Below are positions 17,015 through 26,192 of a stretch of 64,000 bases of DNA, piece after piece; position 1 is the first letter of the stretch, and each line of letters begins with the position of its first letter. Source of the stretch: Planctomycetota bacterium (GTDB lineage: Bacteria; Planctomycetota; UBA8742; UBA2392). A model generated the notes under the pieces. The model was not told the origin of the DNA. It saw nothing but the letters and a program-made list of their open reading frames with translations, and did no database searches. Made by a program: the position numbers and the translations under genes. The stretch spans positions 3,078 through 67,077 of the forward strand of contig JAMQHL010000033.1 of NCBI GenBank assembly GCA_025993795.1, written 5' to 3'.

Positions 17015-17050
17015 GGTTTATATGTAAGCAACTAATTACTTACATGTCAA
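17015..17050 (-). promoter_or_regulatory. Candidate promoter with embedded inverted-repeat operator for the TetR-RIC operon
   Basis: The minus strand reads TTGACA-tgtaagtaattagttgct-TACATA-aacc-ATG. The -35 is perfect, and an A/T-rich 7-bp-arm inverted repeat ATGTAAG(N10)CTTACAT (17022-17045) occupies the spacer. No SD is visible, and the -10 candidate sits only ~4 nt from the ATG. Confidence 0.45.
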
Positions 17051-17142
17051 TAAGCGCTATCGCGCTTCTTGGGCAGCTTTGAGTGTCAGGTTATGATGCG
17101 GGGTCGATGGTCGATCGCCAAACCCGCCCGCTGTAGTTGCCT

Positions 17143-17169
17143 TTGACCATCGACGGTCAACTGTTGACC
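17143..17169. repeat. Triple alternating TTGACC/GGTCAA inverted-repeat cluster
   Basis: TTGACC-atcgac-GGTCAA-ctg-TTGACC read directly from the sequence, in the 345-bp gap between the TPR gene stop and the TetR start. Confidence 0.5.
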
Positions 17170-17358
17170 AGCAAGAGCTCTCACCCGTCCCCGGTGGTCT
17201 ACCAATGCGATGCAGGTGGGGCTTGAGCACGTTGATCAACGTCATGGCCGTTGCTTCAAGCACGTGGCCGGTGCCGACTCAGACCGCCACCGAGTCCCCG
17301 AGCGCCGCTTGCTTGCGCGCCATGTGCTTTACCGGCTGGATCGTCCGCTGTTCATTCT

Positions 17359-18876
17359 TCAGTGTTGACTGGCTTTGGCAATCAGCGCGGATGCTCGATC
17401 CAGCCCGTCCTGGTCCTTCAACACCTCGTACAGACGCAACGCTTCACGCAAATGGCTTATGGCTTCGACTCGGTCACCGTGGTCTTTCAGCAGCATGCCG
17501 AGCCACATGGCGTGGTGGGCCGAACGCCCCAAGTCACTGACTTCAGTACTCAGCGCGAATGCACGCCGGTAGTGGGCCTCCGCCTCAGGGATTCGGCCCT
17601 TGCGTTCACAGATTGCGCCGAGATAGCCCACGCATACACCCTCGCTGCGGCGATTCCGAACCTCTCGGTGGATCTCCATCGCACCGCTGAACTTCACTTC
17701 TGCTGCCTCCAGGTCTCCCAGATAGAAGTCGACTAGTGCCCAGTCCCCCAGAACGACGCCCTCGTGGCGTCGGTTGCCAACTTCACGATGCAGTGCAATC
17801 GCTTCGACATACACCCGCGCTGCCTGTGCATAATCCTTATGCTCCAACAACAGATTCCCGAGGTTTCCCATGATCACCGCTTCATCCATGCGGCTGCCGA
17901 TCTCGCGGGCCATCTGTGCTGCCTGCATGAGCTGCTGTTCAGCGACTTCCAAGTTGCCGCAGGCTTGCTCGTTCCAGCCAAGGTTTCCCAGGCACACTGT
18001 CTCGGCCCGTTTCTCGCCGACTTGCCGCAGCAGCTTGATCGAGCGCTTCAGCAGGTCACGGGCTTCGTCGGTGCGACCCGTTTCGGTCATCATGCCGCCC
18101 AGGTTCACCAGTACCCGCGCGGCACGCGCCGTCTCGCCCGCCGCCATGGCATGCTGGTAGCACTGGCGATACAGTTTTTCCGCCTCGGCAGTCTCGCCAA
18201 CCGCGTCATTCAGCCGCGCGTTACAGTTCACTGCCAGAATTGCCATTGAGCCGTCGTCGCCGGCGCGGGTACGCATCTCTTCCACGACGGCGCGCGCCAG
18301 ACTCATCTCACCGGCATCGATGAAGCTGCCCGCAAGGTGAACCAACGCCTGCAGGGCGCATTTGGCATCTCCGGCTTCGCTCGCGCGAAGCACCGTCCGG
18401 CGCAGCAGCTCCCTTGCTTCAGCACGGCGGCCAAGCAGCAACGCATTGGCGCCGGCTTGCAGCATGGCTTCGGCGCTGGTCGCGGCGTCGGCATCGGGAT
18501 GCAGCGCAACGCGCAATGCGAACTTGGCGCTTTCTTCAATGCGGAATGCCCCGGCTGCGAACTTCAGCGCGACGCGCAACCAGTGCAACTCGCGGGACCG
18601 ACGGGTAAGTGCGTCGCCGTGGGTGGCTGCTGCTGCCATGGTCGCGTGCTCAGCCAACTCGGCTGAGATCACCTCCAGCATTGGTGGCGGAAACGTCGCC
18701 TCAAGTATGTCCAGCACGGTGCCGTGCAACTCGGCGCGCTCGCTGGGCAGGTGCAGCACGTAAGCCGCGTCGCGCACCGTGGCGTGGCGGAAGAAATACA
18801 CAAGCTCAGCCGTGGCGCCCATGGGACGATTATGCAAGGCATAAGCGCTTTGAACATCCGCACTCTGTCCACTCAT
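17359..18876 (-). CDS. Tetratricopeptide-repeat protein resembling the C-terminal part of a STAND/MalT-type regulator
   Basis: 505 aa. About 10 TPR-like units (A..Y...L.....G....A). The N-terminus FFRHATVRDAAYVLHLPSERAELHGTVLDILE resembles the post-NTPase winged-helix segment of STAND proteins. No P-loop is present. Confidence 0.75.
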   Translation of the reverse strand: MSGQSADVQSAYALHNRPMGATAELVYFFRHATVRDAAYVLHLPSERAELHGTVLDILEATFPPPMLEVISAELAEHATMAAAATHGDALTRRSRELHWLRVALKFAAGAFRIEESAKFALRVALHPDADAATSAEAMLQAGANALLLGRRAEARELLRRTVLRASEAGDAKCALQALVHLAGSFIDAGEMSLARAVVEEMRTRAGDDGSMAILAVNCNARLNDAVGETAEAEKLYRQCYQHAMAAGETARAARVLVNLGGMMTETGRTDEARDLLKRSIKLLRQVGEKRAETVCLGNLGWNEQACGNLEVAEQQLMQAAQMAREIGSRMDEAVIMGNLGNLLLEHKDYAQAARVYVEAIALHREVGNRRHEGVVLGDWALVDFYLGDLEAAEVKFSGAMEIHREVRNRRSEGVCVGYLGAICERKGRIPEAEAHYRRAFALSTEVSDLGRSAHHAMWLGMLLKDHGDRVEAISHLREALRLYEVLKDQDGLDRASALIAKASQH

Positions 18877-18911
18877 TGCGGGGCGGCATACGCCTGCGAT
18901 AATTCAATGGT

Positions 18912-19727
18912 ATGGAATACTCGGCTGAAAAGGAGTTTGCGTTCGATTGGATGCGGGAGGTAGCAGAGGTCCTGCGTCCTTACATCGCGGACACCCGGCG
19001 CCGCACCGACTCAACGCGTTCGAAAGCAGCCGACGACGTGGTCACTACCGCCGACCTTGCCGTCAGTGAACTGCTGATTCGCCGCATCTCGGCGCTGTTC
19101 CCGCGCGACGCGATCTGCAGCGAAGAGGGCTCTGCGCACGATGACCCCGCGCGTCGGCGCCGCTGGATTATCGACCCGATCGACGGCACGCGAAGTTTCA
19201 TTGCAGGCGTGCCCGGCTACAGCGTCATGCTTGCACTGGCCGTAGAAGGCACGCCGGTCTTTGCCGTCGTGTACGACCCCGTGAAAGATGAGACGTGGTG
19301 GGCTGCCGAAGGCCAGGGCGTATGGCGCGGTGAACAGCGCGTGCTGCGCCACAGTCGCCCACCCCGCTTGATCTGGAGCCCCTTTGCACCCCGCGAAGCG
19401 GGCGAAGCAGTAGCGCGCGGCCTGGGTGTCGACGGCATCGTTATGGCCGAAAGCTTTGGGGTGCGCGCAGCCATCATGGCAAAGGACGGCGGCGGGGTGT
19501 GCGCGTCGCGCCCCGGCGGACCGCACATCTGGGACACAGCCGCGGGCTGGGTGATCGTGCGCGAAATCGGCGGCAGGGTTACCGGCTACGACGGCTCGCC
19601 CGTTGAGTACCCGCATGCACCGACGCTTCACCCAAGCGGATTTGTGGCGACACTGGGCGTCGACCACAACAAGGCGAGCGAATTGATGCGCGAGTACCTG
19701 CCGGGCCTGGAATCAGGACCGGCCTGA
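18912..19727 (+). CDS. Inositol monophosphatase / CysQ family phosphatase
   Basis: 271 aa with the IDPIDGT and WDTAAG family motifs. Confidence 0.85.
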   Translation: MEYSAEKEFAFDWMREVAEVLRPYIADTRRRTDSTRSKAADDVVTTADLAVSELLIRRISALFPRDAICSEEGSAHDDPARRRRWIIDPIDGTRSFIAGVPGYSVMLALAVEGTPVFAVVYDPVKDETWWAAEGQGVWRGEQRVLRHSRPPRLIWSPFAPREAGEAVARGLGVDGIVMAESFGVRAAIMAKDGGGVCASRPGGPHIWDTAAGWVIVREIGGRVTGYDGSPVEYPHAPTLHPSGFVATLGVDHNKASELMREYLPGLESGPA

Positions 19728-19818
19728 GCACTTCCGCCTGTCGCTGACCGCCGACGGCATCCGTGTATGTGCGCGGTTGCTTGACCCGTTCTTCCTATGC
19801 TCTGCCGTGCAGCGCGCT

Positions 19819-21897
19819 ATGGTCGATACCGTGGAACTGCTGAACCTGACCAACCCCAGTCTCTACATCAACCGGGAGCTGTCGCTGCTGGATTTCAACC
19901 GCCGCGTGCTGGCCCAGGCCGGCGACGCAGGTGTCCCGTTGCTTGAGCGCATGCGCTTTCTCTCGATCTCGTGTAACAACATGGACGAGTTTTTTGAGAT
20001 CCGCGCCAGCGGCATCAAGCAGCAGACCGAGGCTGGTGTCTCGACGGCGGGCCCCGACGGCATGACGCCGCGCGAGCTGCTGGCGGCGATCAGCACCACC
20101 GCCCGGTCGCTGGTCGCTGAGCAATACCGGCTGTTCAACGACGTGCTGCTGCCCGAGCTGGCAGCCACGCGCATTCGCATTCTGCGCCGCACGGACTGGA
20201 CCGCCGAACAGGCGGCCTGGGTGCGCGAATATTTCTTGCGAGAGGTCTATCCCCTGTTGACACCGATCGGGCTCGACCCTGCGCACCCGTTTCCGAACGT
20301 CCTGAACAAGATTCTCAATTTCTTCGTGGTGCTGGAGGGCAAGGACGCGTTTGACCGCAACAGCGGTACCGCGGTGGTGCAGGCCCCGCGCCTTGTGCCC
20401 AGGCTGATCCGGATGCCGTCGGACGTATCGGGGGGCATGCACGACTTCGTGCTGCTGTCGGCGGTGATGCACGCCAACATCGGCGACCTGTTTGCGGGTA
20501 TGGAGGTCAAGGGCTGCTACCAGTTCCGCGTCACGCGAAACAGCGACCTTTGGGTGGATGAAGAAGAAGTTGAAGACCTGCTGGATGCCGTTCGTTTTGA
20601 GCTGCCGCGACGGCACTACGGCGCGGCAGTGCGCCTTGAGGTCGCGGAGAGCTGCCCGCCTGACGTCGCGCGCTTCCTGCTGGACCACTTTCACCTGCGC
20701 GAGGAAGACCTTTACCAGTTCAACGGCCCGGTGAACCTGAACAGGCTGATGGCCCTGTACGACCTCACGGACCGGCCCGAGCTCAAATACCCGGTGCACA
20801 AGGCCGGCATCGCTCGCGAACTGCAACCGGGCGGGGAGCTGCTGGAAGTGCTGCGGGCACGCGACGTGTTACTGCATCACCCGTACCAGTCATTTGGCCC
20901 GGTGCTTGAGTTCGTCCGCGCCGCCGCCAAGGACCCGGCGGTGGTCGCGATCAAGAGCACGCTGTACCGCACCGGTGCCCACAGCGAGATCGTCGATGCC
21001 CTGTATGACGCTGCGCGCGCCGGCAAGGAAGTCACAGCCGTCGTCGAGCTTCGGGCGCGTTTTGACGAAGCCGCAAACGTCGACCTTGCCACGCGCCTGC
21101 AGACTGCCGGCGCCCATGTGGTGTACGGCGTCGTGGGTTACAAGACCCATGCCAAGATGCTGCTGGTAGTGCGGCGCGAAGAGGGCGGACTGCGCCGATA
21201 CGCGCACCTGGGCACGGGCAACTACCACACGGGCACGGCGCGGACGTACACCGACCTCGGGCTCCTGACTAGCAACGAACAGATCTGCGACGACATCAAC
21301 CAGCTGTTTCGTGAACTGACCAGCCTGGGAGTCGCCCCGAAGCTTCAACGGCTGTTCTATTCGCCGTTCACGCTGAACGACGAGTTACTGGCACGAATCA
21401 ACGAACAGGCAGAACTTGCGCGGCTGGGCAAGCCCGCCATGATTCGCGCCAAGATGAATGCGCTGTCCGACCCTGGCATCATCAAGGCGCTGTATCTGGC
21501 ATCGCTCGCGGGCGTCCGGATTCAACTGCTGGTGCGCGGCGTGTGCTGCCTGCGCCCGGGGATTGCCGGCGTCTCTGACAGCATTGTCGTGCGCTCGATT
21601 ATCGGACGCTTTCTTGAGCATTCGCGCGTCTACAGTTTTGGTCCGGAAGGCGACATCACCTACGCCTCCAGTGCCGACTGGATGCAGCGCAACCTGTTCC
21701 GGCGTGTTGAAACCTGCTTTCCCATCCTCGACCCCGACCTGCGCGCCCGGGTGGTCGAAGAGTGCCTTGACATCCCCCTCAGGGACAACGTACAGGCATG
21801 GCAGCTCCAGCCGGATGGAACGTGGGTACGCTGCACTCCGGGCAATGACCCGCCCCTGGTCAGCCAGGAGATTCTTGCAGCACGGCTGGGTGGTTAA
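19819..21897 (+). CDS. ppk: Polyphosphate kinase 1
   Basis: Track ORF starts at TTG 19777; I prefer ATG 19819 (MVDTVELLNLTNPSLYINRELSLLDFNRRVLAQA, a typical PPK1 N-terminus). Full-length four-domain PPK1 pattern including the YKTHAKMLLVVRRE region that carries the phospho-His. Confidence 0.9.
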   Translation: MVDTVELLNLTNPSLYINRELSLLDFNRRVLAQAGDAGVPLLERMRFLSISCNNMDEFFEIRASGIKQQTEAGVSTAGPDGMTPRELLAAISTTARSLVAEQYRLFNDVLLPELAATRIRILRRTDWTAEQAAWVREYFLREVYPLLTPIGLDPAHPFPNVLNKILNFFVVLEGKDAFDRNSGTAVVQAPRLVPRLIRMPSDVSGGMHDFVLLSAVMHANIGDLFAGMEVKGCYQFRVTRNSDLWVDEEEVEDLLDAVRFELPRRHYGAAVRLEVAESCPPDVARFLLDHFHLREEDLYQFNGPVNLNRLMALYDLTDRPELKYPVHKAGIARELQPGGELLEVLRARDVLLHHPYQSFGPVLEFVRAAAKDPAVVAIKSTLYRTGAHSEIVDALYDAARAGKEVTAVVELRARFDEAANVDLATRLQTAGAHVVYGVVGYKTHAKMLLVVRREEGGLRRYAHLGTGNYHTGTARTYTDLGLLTSNEQICDDINQLFRELTSLGVAPKLQRLFYSPFTLNDELLARINEQAELARLGKPAMIRAKMNALSDPGIIKALYLASLAGVRIQLLVRGVCCLRPGIAGVSDSIVVRSIIGRFLEHSRVYSFGPEGDITYASSADWMQRNLFRRVETCFPILDPDLRARVVEECLDIPLRDNVQAWQLQPDGTWVRCTPGNDPPLVSQEILAARLGG

Positions 21898-21905
21898 GAG
21901 GCTGC

Positions 21906-23435
21906 GTGCGACTGGCATCGATCGATATCGGCTCGAACTCGGTTCACATGATCATTGCGGACGTTACCGGCCCGCAGTCGTTCTTTGTCGTTGATCGTGA
22001 GCGTGAGCGGGTCAAGCTGGGCGCAGGCGCGTTCAAGACCGGCAAGCTGCGGGCCGCGCCGATGCAGGCCGCACTGGATGCGCTCAAGCGGTTCGCGCTG
22101 CTGTGCAAACGCCTGGGCGTGCAGCGGATTCACGCCGTGGCAACAAGCGCCGTTCGCGAAGCACGCAACGGGCGCACATTTCTTGCCGAGGTCAAGCGGC
22201 GCACCGGCATCGTTGCGAAACCAATCGGCGGCAAGGACGAAGCCGGCTTGATCTATCGCGGCATCCGCCACGCCACTGACCTGCGGGGCCGGCGCGCGCT
22301 GATGCTGGACCTTGGCGGCGGCAGCCTTGAGATCATGTACGGCAACGACCAGCGACTTGCAATTGCCGAGAGTCTGCCGCTGGGCGTGCAGCGCCTTCGC
22401 GACAATTTTGGTGGCCAGGACCCGCTGCCGCGCCGCGCGCGCGAACGCCTGGTCAAGCATATCCGCCAGACAGCCAAGCCGGTGCTTGAACGCATCCGCA
22501 AGCGCGGCATTGGTGCCGTGATCTGCACCTCGGGCACGCAGATGACGCTGGGGCTGGCGTGCCTGCGCCTTCGCGGCCGTGACCCTTGGGGGTCGCTGAA
22601 CGGCTACGTGATCCAGACCAGTGAACTGCGTGACCTGCACCGCCAGTTGATCGACACCGATGCGCCGGGGCGTTCGCGCCTGCCGGGAATTGACGAACGC
22701 CGCTCGGACATCGTGCACTACGGTTCGGCGGTGCTCGCGACGGTGCTTGAGATTGTCGGGGCCGGCGAGTTCCAGCTTTGTGGCGCGAGCCTGCGCGAGG
22801 GCCTGCTGCTGCAGCGTATGGAAGAGACGGGCGCACGGCGCGACGCACAGTCAGTACGGGTTTCCGCCGCCACGGAGCTTGTGCAGCGCACCGGCGGTGA
22901 ACCGCGCCGGGCACGGCGGGTCGCTGACCTTTCGCTCAGGCTGTTCGATGGCGCCCGGCGCGCGCACAAGCTGGCAAAACGCGAACGCGGGCTGCTCGAG
23001 ATCGCGGCGCTGGTGGCCGACCTGGGCCGGCATCTTTACCACGAAGACCGCGAGCACCTTACCTACCAGATTGTGCGTGGCGGTGGGCTGCGAGGTTTGA
23101 CCGACACCGAGCTTGAGACTGTCGGGCTGACTGCACGCTATTCCCGCGGCGGCGCGCCCAAGGCCAGGCACCGCCACTTCGCAGAGCTGGACACCGATTC
23201 GCAGCACATTGTGCGTGTGCTGGCGGGCATCCTGCGCATTGCCGACGGGCTTGACCGGGGCCGCGCCGGCGTGGTCAAGGACATTCGCTGCCGCCTCACG
23301 CGAGACACGCTGCGAATCTCACCCGTCGTCCGCGGCGACGCCAGCCTGGAATTGTGGTCTGCAACCAGGGCCGCCAAGCTGTTTGCCCAGGCGGTAGACC
23401 TCGAGGTCCTGATCCACGGCACCAAGCCGCGCTGA
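21906..23435 (+). CDS. ppx: Exopolyphosphatase (Ppx/GppA family) with C-terminal HD-type domain
   Basis: 509 aa. N-terminal ASIDIGSNSVHMIIADV motif. GTG start 8 nt after the ppk stop. Confidence 0.9.
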   Translation: MRLASIDIGSNSVHMIIADVTGPQSFFVVDRERERVKLGAGAFKTGKLRAAPMQAALDALKRFALLCKRLGVQRIHAVATSAVREARNGRTFLAEVKRRTGIVAKPIGGKDEAGLIYRGIRHATDLRGRRALMLDLGGGSLEIMYGNDQRLAIAESLPLGVQRLRDNFGGQDPLPRRARERLVKHIRQTAKPVLERIRKRGIGAVICTSGTQMTLGLACLRLRGRDPWGSLNGYVIQTSELRDLHRQLIDTDAPGRSRLPGIDERRSDIVHYGSAVLATVLEIVGAGEFQLCGASLREGLLLQRMEETGARRDAQSVRVSAATELVQRTGGEPRRARRVADLSLRLFDGARRAHKLAKRERGLLEIAALVADLGRHLYHEDREHLTYQIVRGGGLRGLTDTELETVGLTARYSRGGAPKARHRHFAELDTDSQHIVRVLAGILRIADGLDRGRAGVVKDIRCRLTRDTLRISPVVRGDASLELWSATRAAKLFAQAVDLEVLIHGTKPR

Positions 23436-23450
23436 CCGGCGCCGGCTTTT

Positions 23451-24983
23451 CTATTCCAGCGTGGCCAACACTCTGTCAATTCCGCCCGACTCGACCACTT
23501 CGCGGACGCTGGCGAAGTCGTCGTGCAATACTCGATCCTGCTTGAGCGGCTTGACCACCCTGCGAAGGGCATCGGCGATTGCTTCGACGTTGCTGCCGGC
23601 CTTCAGCGGCTTGTGGTAATCCAGCGCCAGCCGCCCCGCCAGCAGCTCGATGCTGACGATGTGCTGCAAGTTCTCGAAAACCATCGCCGCCTTCAACGCG
23701 GCGGTAACACCCATGCTGACGTGGTCTTCTTTGTTGGCGCTGGTGGGAATGCTGTCGACACTGGCGGGATGGCTGAAGACCTTGTTTTCGCTAGCCAGTG
23801 CAGCCGCCACGACCTGCGCGATCATCAGCCCGCTGTTCAGGCCGCTGCCCTGCACGAGAAATGGCGGCAGGTTTGAAAGGTCCGGATTGACCATCTGCTC
23901 GGTGCGGCGCTCGCTGATGCTGCCGAGCTCCGACATCAGGATTGCAAGAAAGTCGAGCGCCTGGGAAAGCGGCTGGCCATGGAAGTTACCGGCGCTGATC
24001 ACGTCGCCGTCTTCTGGAAACAGCAGCGGGTTGTCGGTCACGGCGTTGAGTTCGCGCTCAAAGATCTGTTTTACGAAGGCAAATCCGTCCCGGGCCGCGC
24101 CATGCACCTGGGGCACGCAGCGCAGCGAGTAGGCGTCCTGTACGCGCGGGTCGTTCTCGCGGTGACTTTCGCGGATTGCGCTGCCCTGCAGCATCTTGAG
24201 CATGTTGCGCGCCACCAAGGCATGGCCGGGGTGCGGGCGAATCGCCGCCACGCGCGGGTCAAAGGGGCTGTCGCTGCCGCGCATTGCCTCCAGCGTAAGG
24301 GCCGCTGCCGCGTCACACACCTTGATCCAGCGCTCCATGCCACAGATCGTCGCTAAGCCGATGGCCTGGATGATCTGCGTGCCATTGATCAGCGCCAGGC
24401 CTTCTTTGGCCTTGAGCGTGATGGGCTTGAGGCCGGCCTTCTTGAGTGCTGCAGCGGCTTTGCCGAGCTTGCCGTGGCGGTACGCCTTGCCTTCGCCCAA
24501 CAGGGTCAGCGCGATGTGCGCCAACGGCGCCAGGTCGCCCGATGCGCCGACGCTGCCCTTGCGGGGCACCCAGGGGGCCACGGGCGAGTTCAGCAGCGCG
24601 ACAAATGCATCTACCACATCCTGGCGCACGCCCGAGTTGCCGCTGACCAGGCTGTTCACGCGAAGCAGCATCGCAAGCCGGACAACCGGCAACGGCAGGG
24701 GCTCACCGACACCGCAAGCGTGGCTGCGGATCAGGTTGAGCTGCAACCGGTCAAGCTGCTCGTCAGGGATGCGGACGCTGGCCAGTTTGCCAAAGCCGGT
24801 GTTCACGCCGTAAACCGGCTGGTTGCGTGCGAGCAGTTGCTCGACAAAGGCGCGGCCGCGCTTCACCGCCGCACGCGCGCCAGATGACACTTCCACGGAC
24901 GAGTAGCCGTCATGCAGAAAGCGGTCGACCTGGGCAAGCGTCAAGGACTGCCCATCCAGCGTAAGCGTGTCTCGTTTAGCCAT
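23451..24983 (-). CDS. hutH: Histidine ammonia-lyase
   Basis: 510 aa. MIO-forming GSVGASGDLAPLAH motif. NLIRSHACGVG carries the S-H pair typical of HAL rather than PAL/TAL. Confidence 0.9.
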   Translation of the reverse strand: MAKRDTLTLDGQSLTLAQVDRFLHDGYSSVEVSSGARAAVKRGRAFVEQLLARNQPVYGVNTGFGKLASVRIPDEQLDRLQLNLIRSHACGVGEPLPLPVVRLAMLLRVNSLVSGNSGVRQDVVDAFVALLNSPVAPWVPRKGSVGASGDLAPLAHIALTLLGEGKAYRHGKLGKAAAALKKAGLKPITLKAKEGLALINGTQIIQAIGLATICGMERWIKVCDAAAALTLEAMRGSDSPFDPRVAAIRPHPGHALVARNMLKMLQGSAIRESHRENDPRVQDAYSLRCVPQVHGAARDGFAFVKQIFERELNAVTDNPLLFPEDGDVISAGNFHGQPLSQALDFLAILMSELGSISERRTEQMVNPDLSNLPPFLVQGSGLNSGLMIAQVVAAALASENKVFSHPASVDSIPTSANKEDHVSMGVTAALKAAMVFENLQHIVSIELLAGRLALDYHKPLKAGSNVEAIADALRRVVKPLKQDRVLHDDFASVREVVESGGIDRVLATLE

Positions 24984-25013
24984 GGCGGGAAGTTAGCTGC
25001 GCCAGCAACCGAT

Positions 25014-25658
25014 TCAATGGACAGAGGGGCGGGGCCTTCGCAGCAAGTGAACAGCGAAGGAAAGAGACAGCGGCACAACCAATGCAAGTAGCCTAGTTGT
25101 GGGGTACTCCGGGTTGTTGGCCCGTATGCCGGTGAAACCAAGCGGCCCGGTCGTGTAGGTGACGGCGACCCCGACTGCCATGATCATGGGAAGGGCCAGA
25201 GCGGCCACCACATGGTTGCGGCGAATCCGTCCCAGTAGCACGTCTCTTCTGAAACACGAAACTGTGATTGAAGCTGTTGCAAGAACCAATCCAATCACAG
25301 CGCCACAGACAGCTTGCCAACGGGGAAACCCGCCGTACTCGACGTACGCCTCTATGGACTCTTGGGGCAGCACAAAGAACGTCAGCACGCCGATATGAAG
25401 GAGAACGCACGAGAGGCCGACACCCTGCAACGGGCTGCTGGGCCGGACTGACGCGAAAAATGCTGCGATCATGCCGAATTGCAGCGTGAGGGGCGCGCCT
25501 ATAGTCCAGCGGTCCATCCCCAAGCCAAGCCCAGCCCCAGCCAAATTGTCACCCAAAGGGCGAACAATGCCATCTATGATGAATAGCGACACAATCAACA
25601 AACCACAGCTAACGCCTGCGCTAATCAACCGAGGCGAACCTGTTGCGTCTTTGGACAT
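25014..25658 (-). CDS. Polytopic membrane protein, hypothetical
   Basis: Trimmed to ATG 25658 (MSKDATGSPRLISAGVSCGLLIVSLFII...). About 6 predicted hydrophobic helices and no recognisable motif. Visibly more A/T-rich than its neighbours. Confidence 0.55.
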   Translation of the reverse strand: MSKDATGSPRLISAGVSCGLLIVSLFIIDGIVRPLGDNLAGAGLGLGMDRWTIGAPLTLQFGMIAAFFASVRPSSPLQGVGLSCVLLHIGVLTFFVLPQESIEAYVEYGGFPRWQAVCGAVIGLVLATASITVSCFRRDVLLGRIRRNHVVAALALPMIMAVGVAVTYTTGPLGFTGIRANNPEYPTTRLLALVVPLSLSFAVHLLRRPRPSVH

Positions 25659-25739
25659 ATAGCAATCGTAGACGTTGGGCAGTTGGCAGCAAAACACAAT
25701 ACCGGATTGAATAGGCAAGATTGGCCGTCAACCGGCAAT

Positions 25740-26192
25740 GCAAGCGCGCTTCGAATCGCCGTAAAGCGCCCGAAGGGCGCGTCCTGAAGTCGCCCGGCGC
25801 GTCAGCGCCAGAAAGGCGCGCACCTAGGTCCAACAAGCCCGCGGGGCGGGCGGTATGAATCGCAAGGGGCGCAAGCCCCGCCTACACTGGCAACAACCAG
25901 CGCTCGTCGTAAGTGATACCGCGCGCGTCGGACATATGGCCGAAAGGCACTCGCGCATGGTGCGCCACCTACCCATCGAGGTATTGCTTCGTTGCTTCAA
26001 CACTCGACGGGCTGGTGGTAGGTGTCGGACATGGCTTGTGTTACGGGCTTGCGCCCTTTGGATTCATGGCGCCCCCGTCGGGGGCTCATTTCACACTTCG
26101 CGCTCTTTCCCGGCGCTCACGCGCCGGGCTAGCGCATGGCGCGCCCGCCAGGCGCTCTACTGCCTGTTCTGCGTCGCCGCGGCGGTGATCTA
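25740..26192. other. ORF-poor interval dense in short GC hairpins (candidate structured RNA or repeat-element cluster)
   Basis: Hand-identified stems: 25766-25780 GCGCCC-GAA-GGGCGC; 25796-25809 / 25805-25819 (mutually exclusive); 25866-25879 GGGGC-GCAA-GCCCC; 25966-26024 nested CACCTACC/GGTAGGTG plus TCGAG/CTCGA; 26045-26056; 26071-26085 GCCCCC-GTC-GGGGGC; 26109-26128 CCCGGCGC-TCAC-GCGCCGGG; 26141-26155. Only shadow-type ORFs are present. Confidence 0.5.

Noticed and set aside
17057-17323. Possible selenoprotein: short ORF MARKQAALGDSVAV followed by an in-frame TGA and then track ORF 17057-17263
   Set aside because: There is no Cys/redox motif around the TGA, the translation is shadow-like, and I saw no SECIS-like hairpin immediately downstream. 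The presence of SelB alone is insufficient support.
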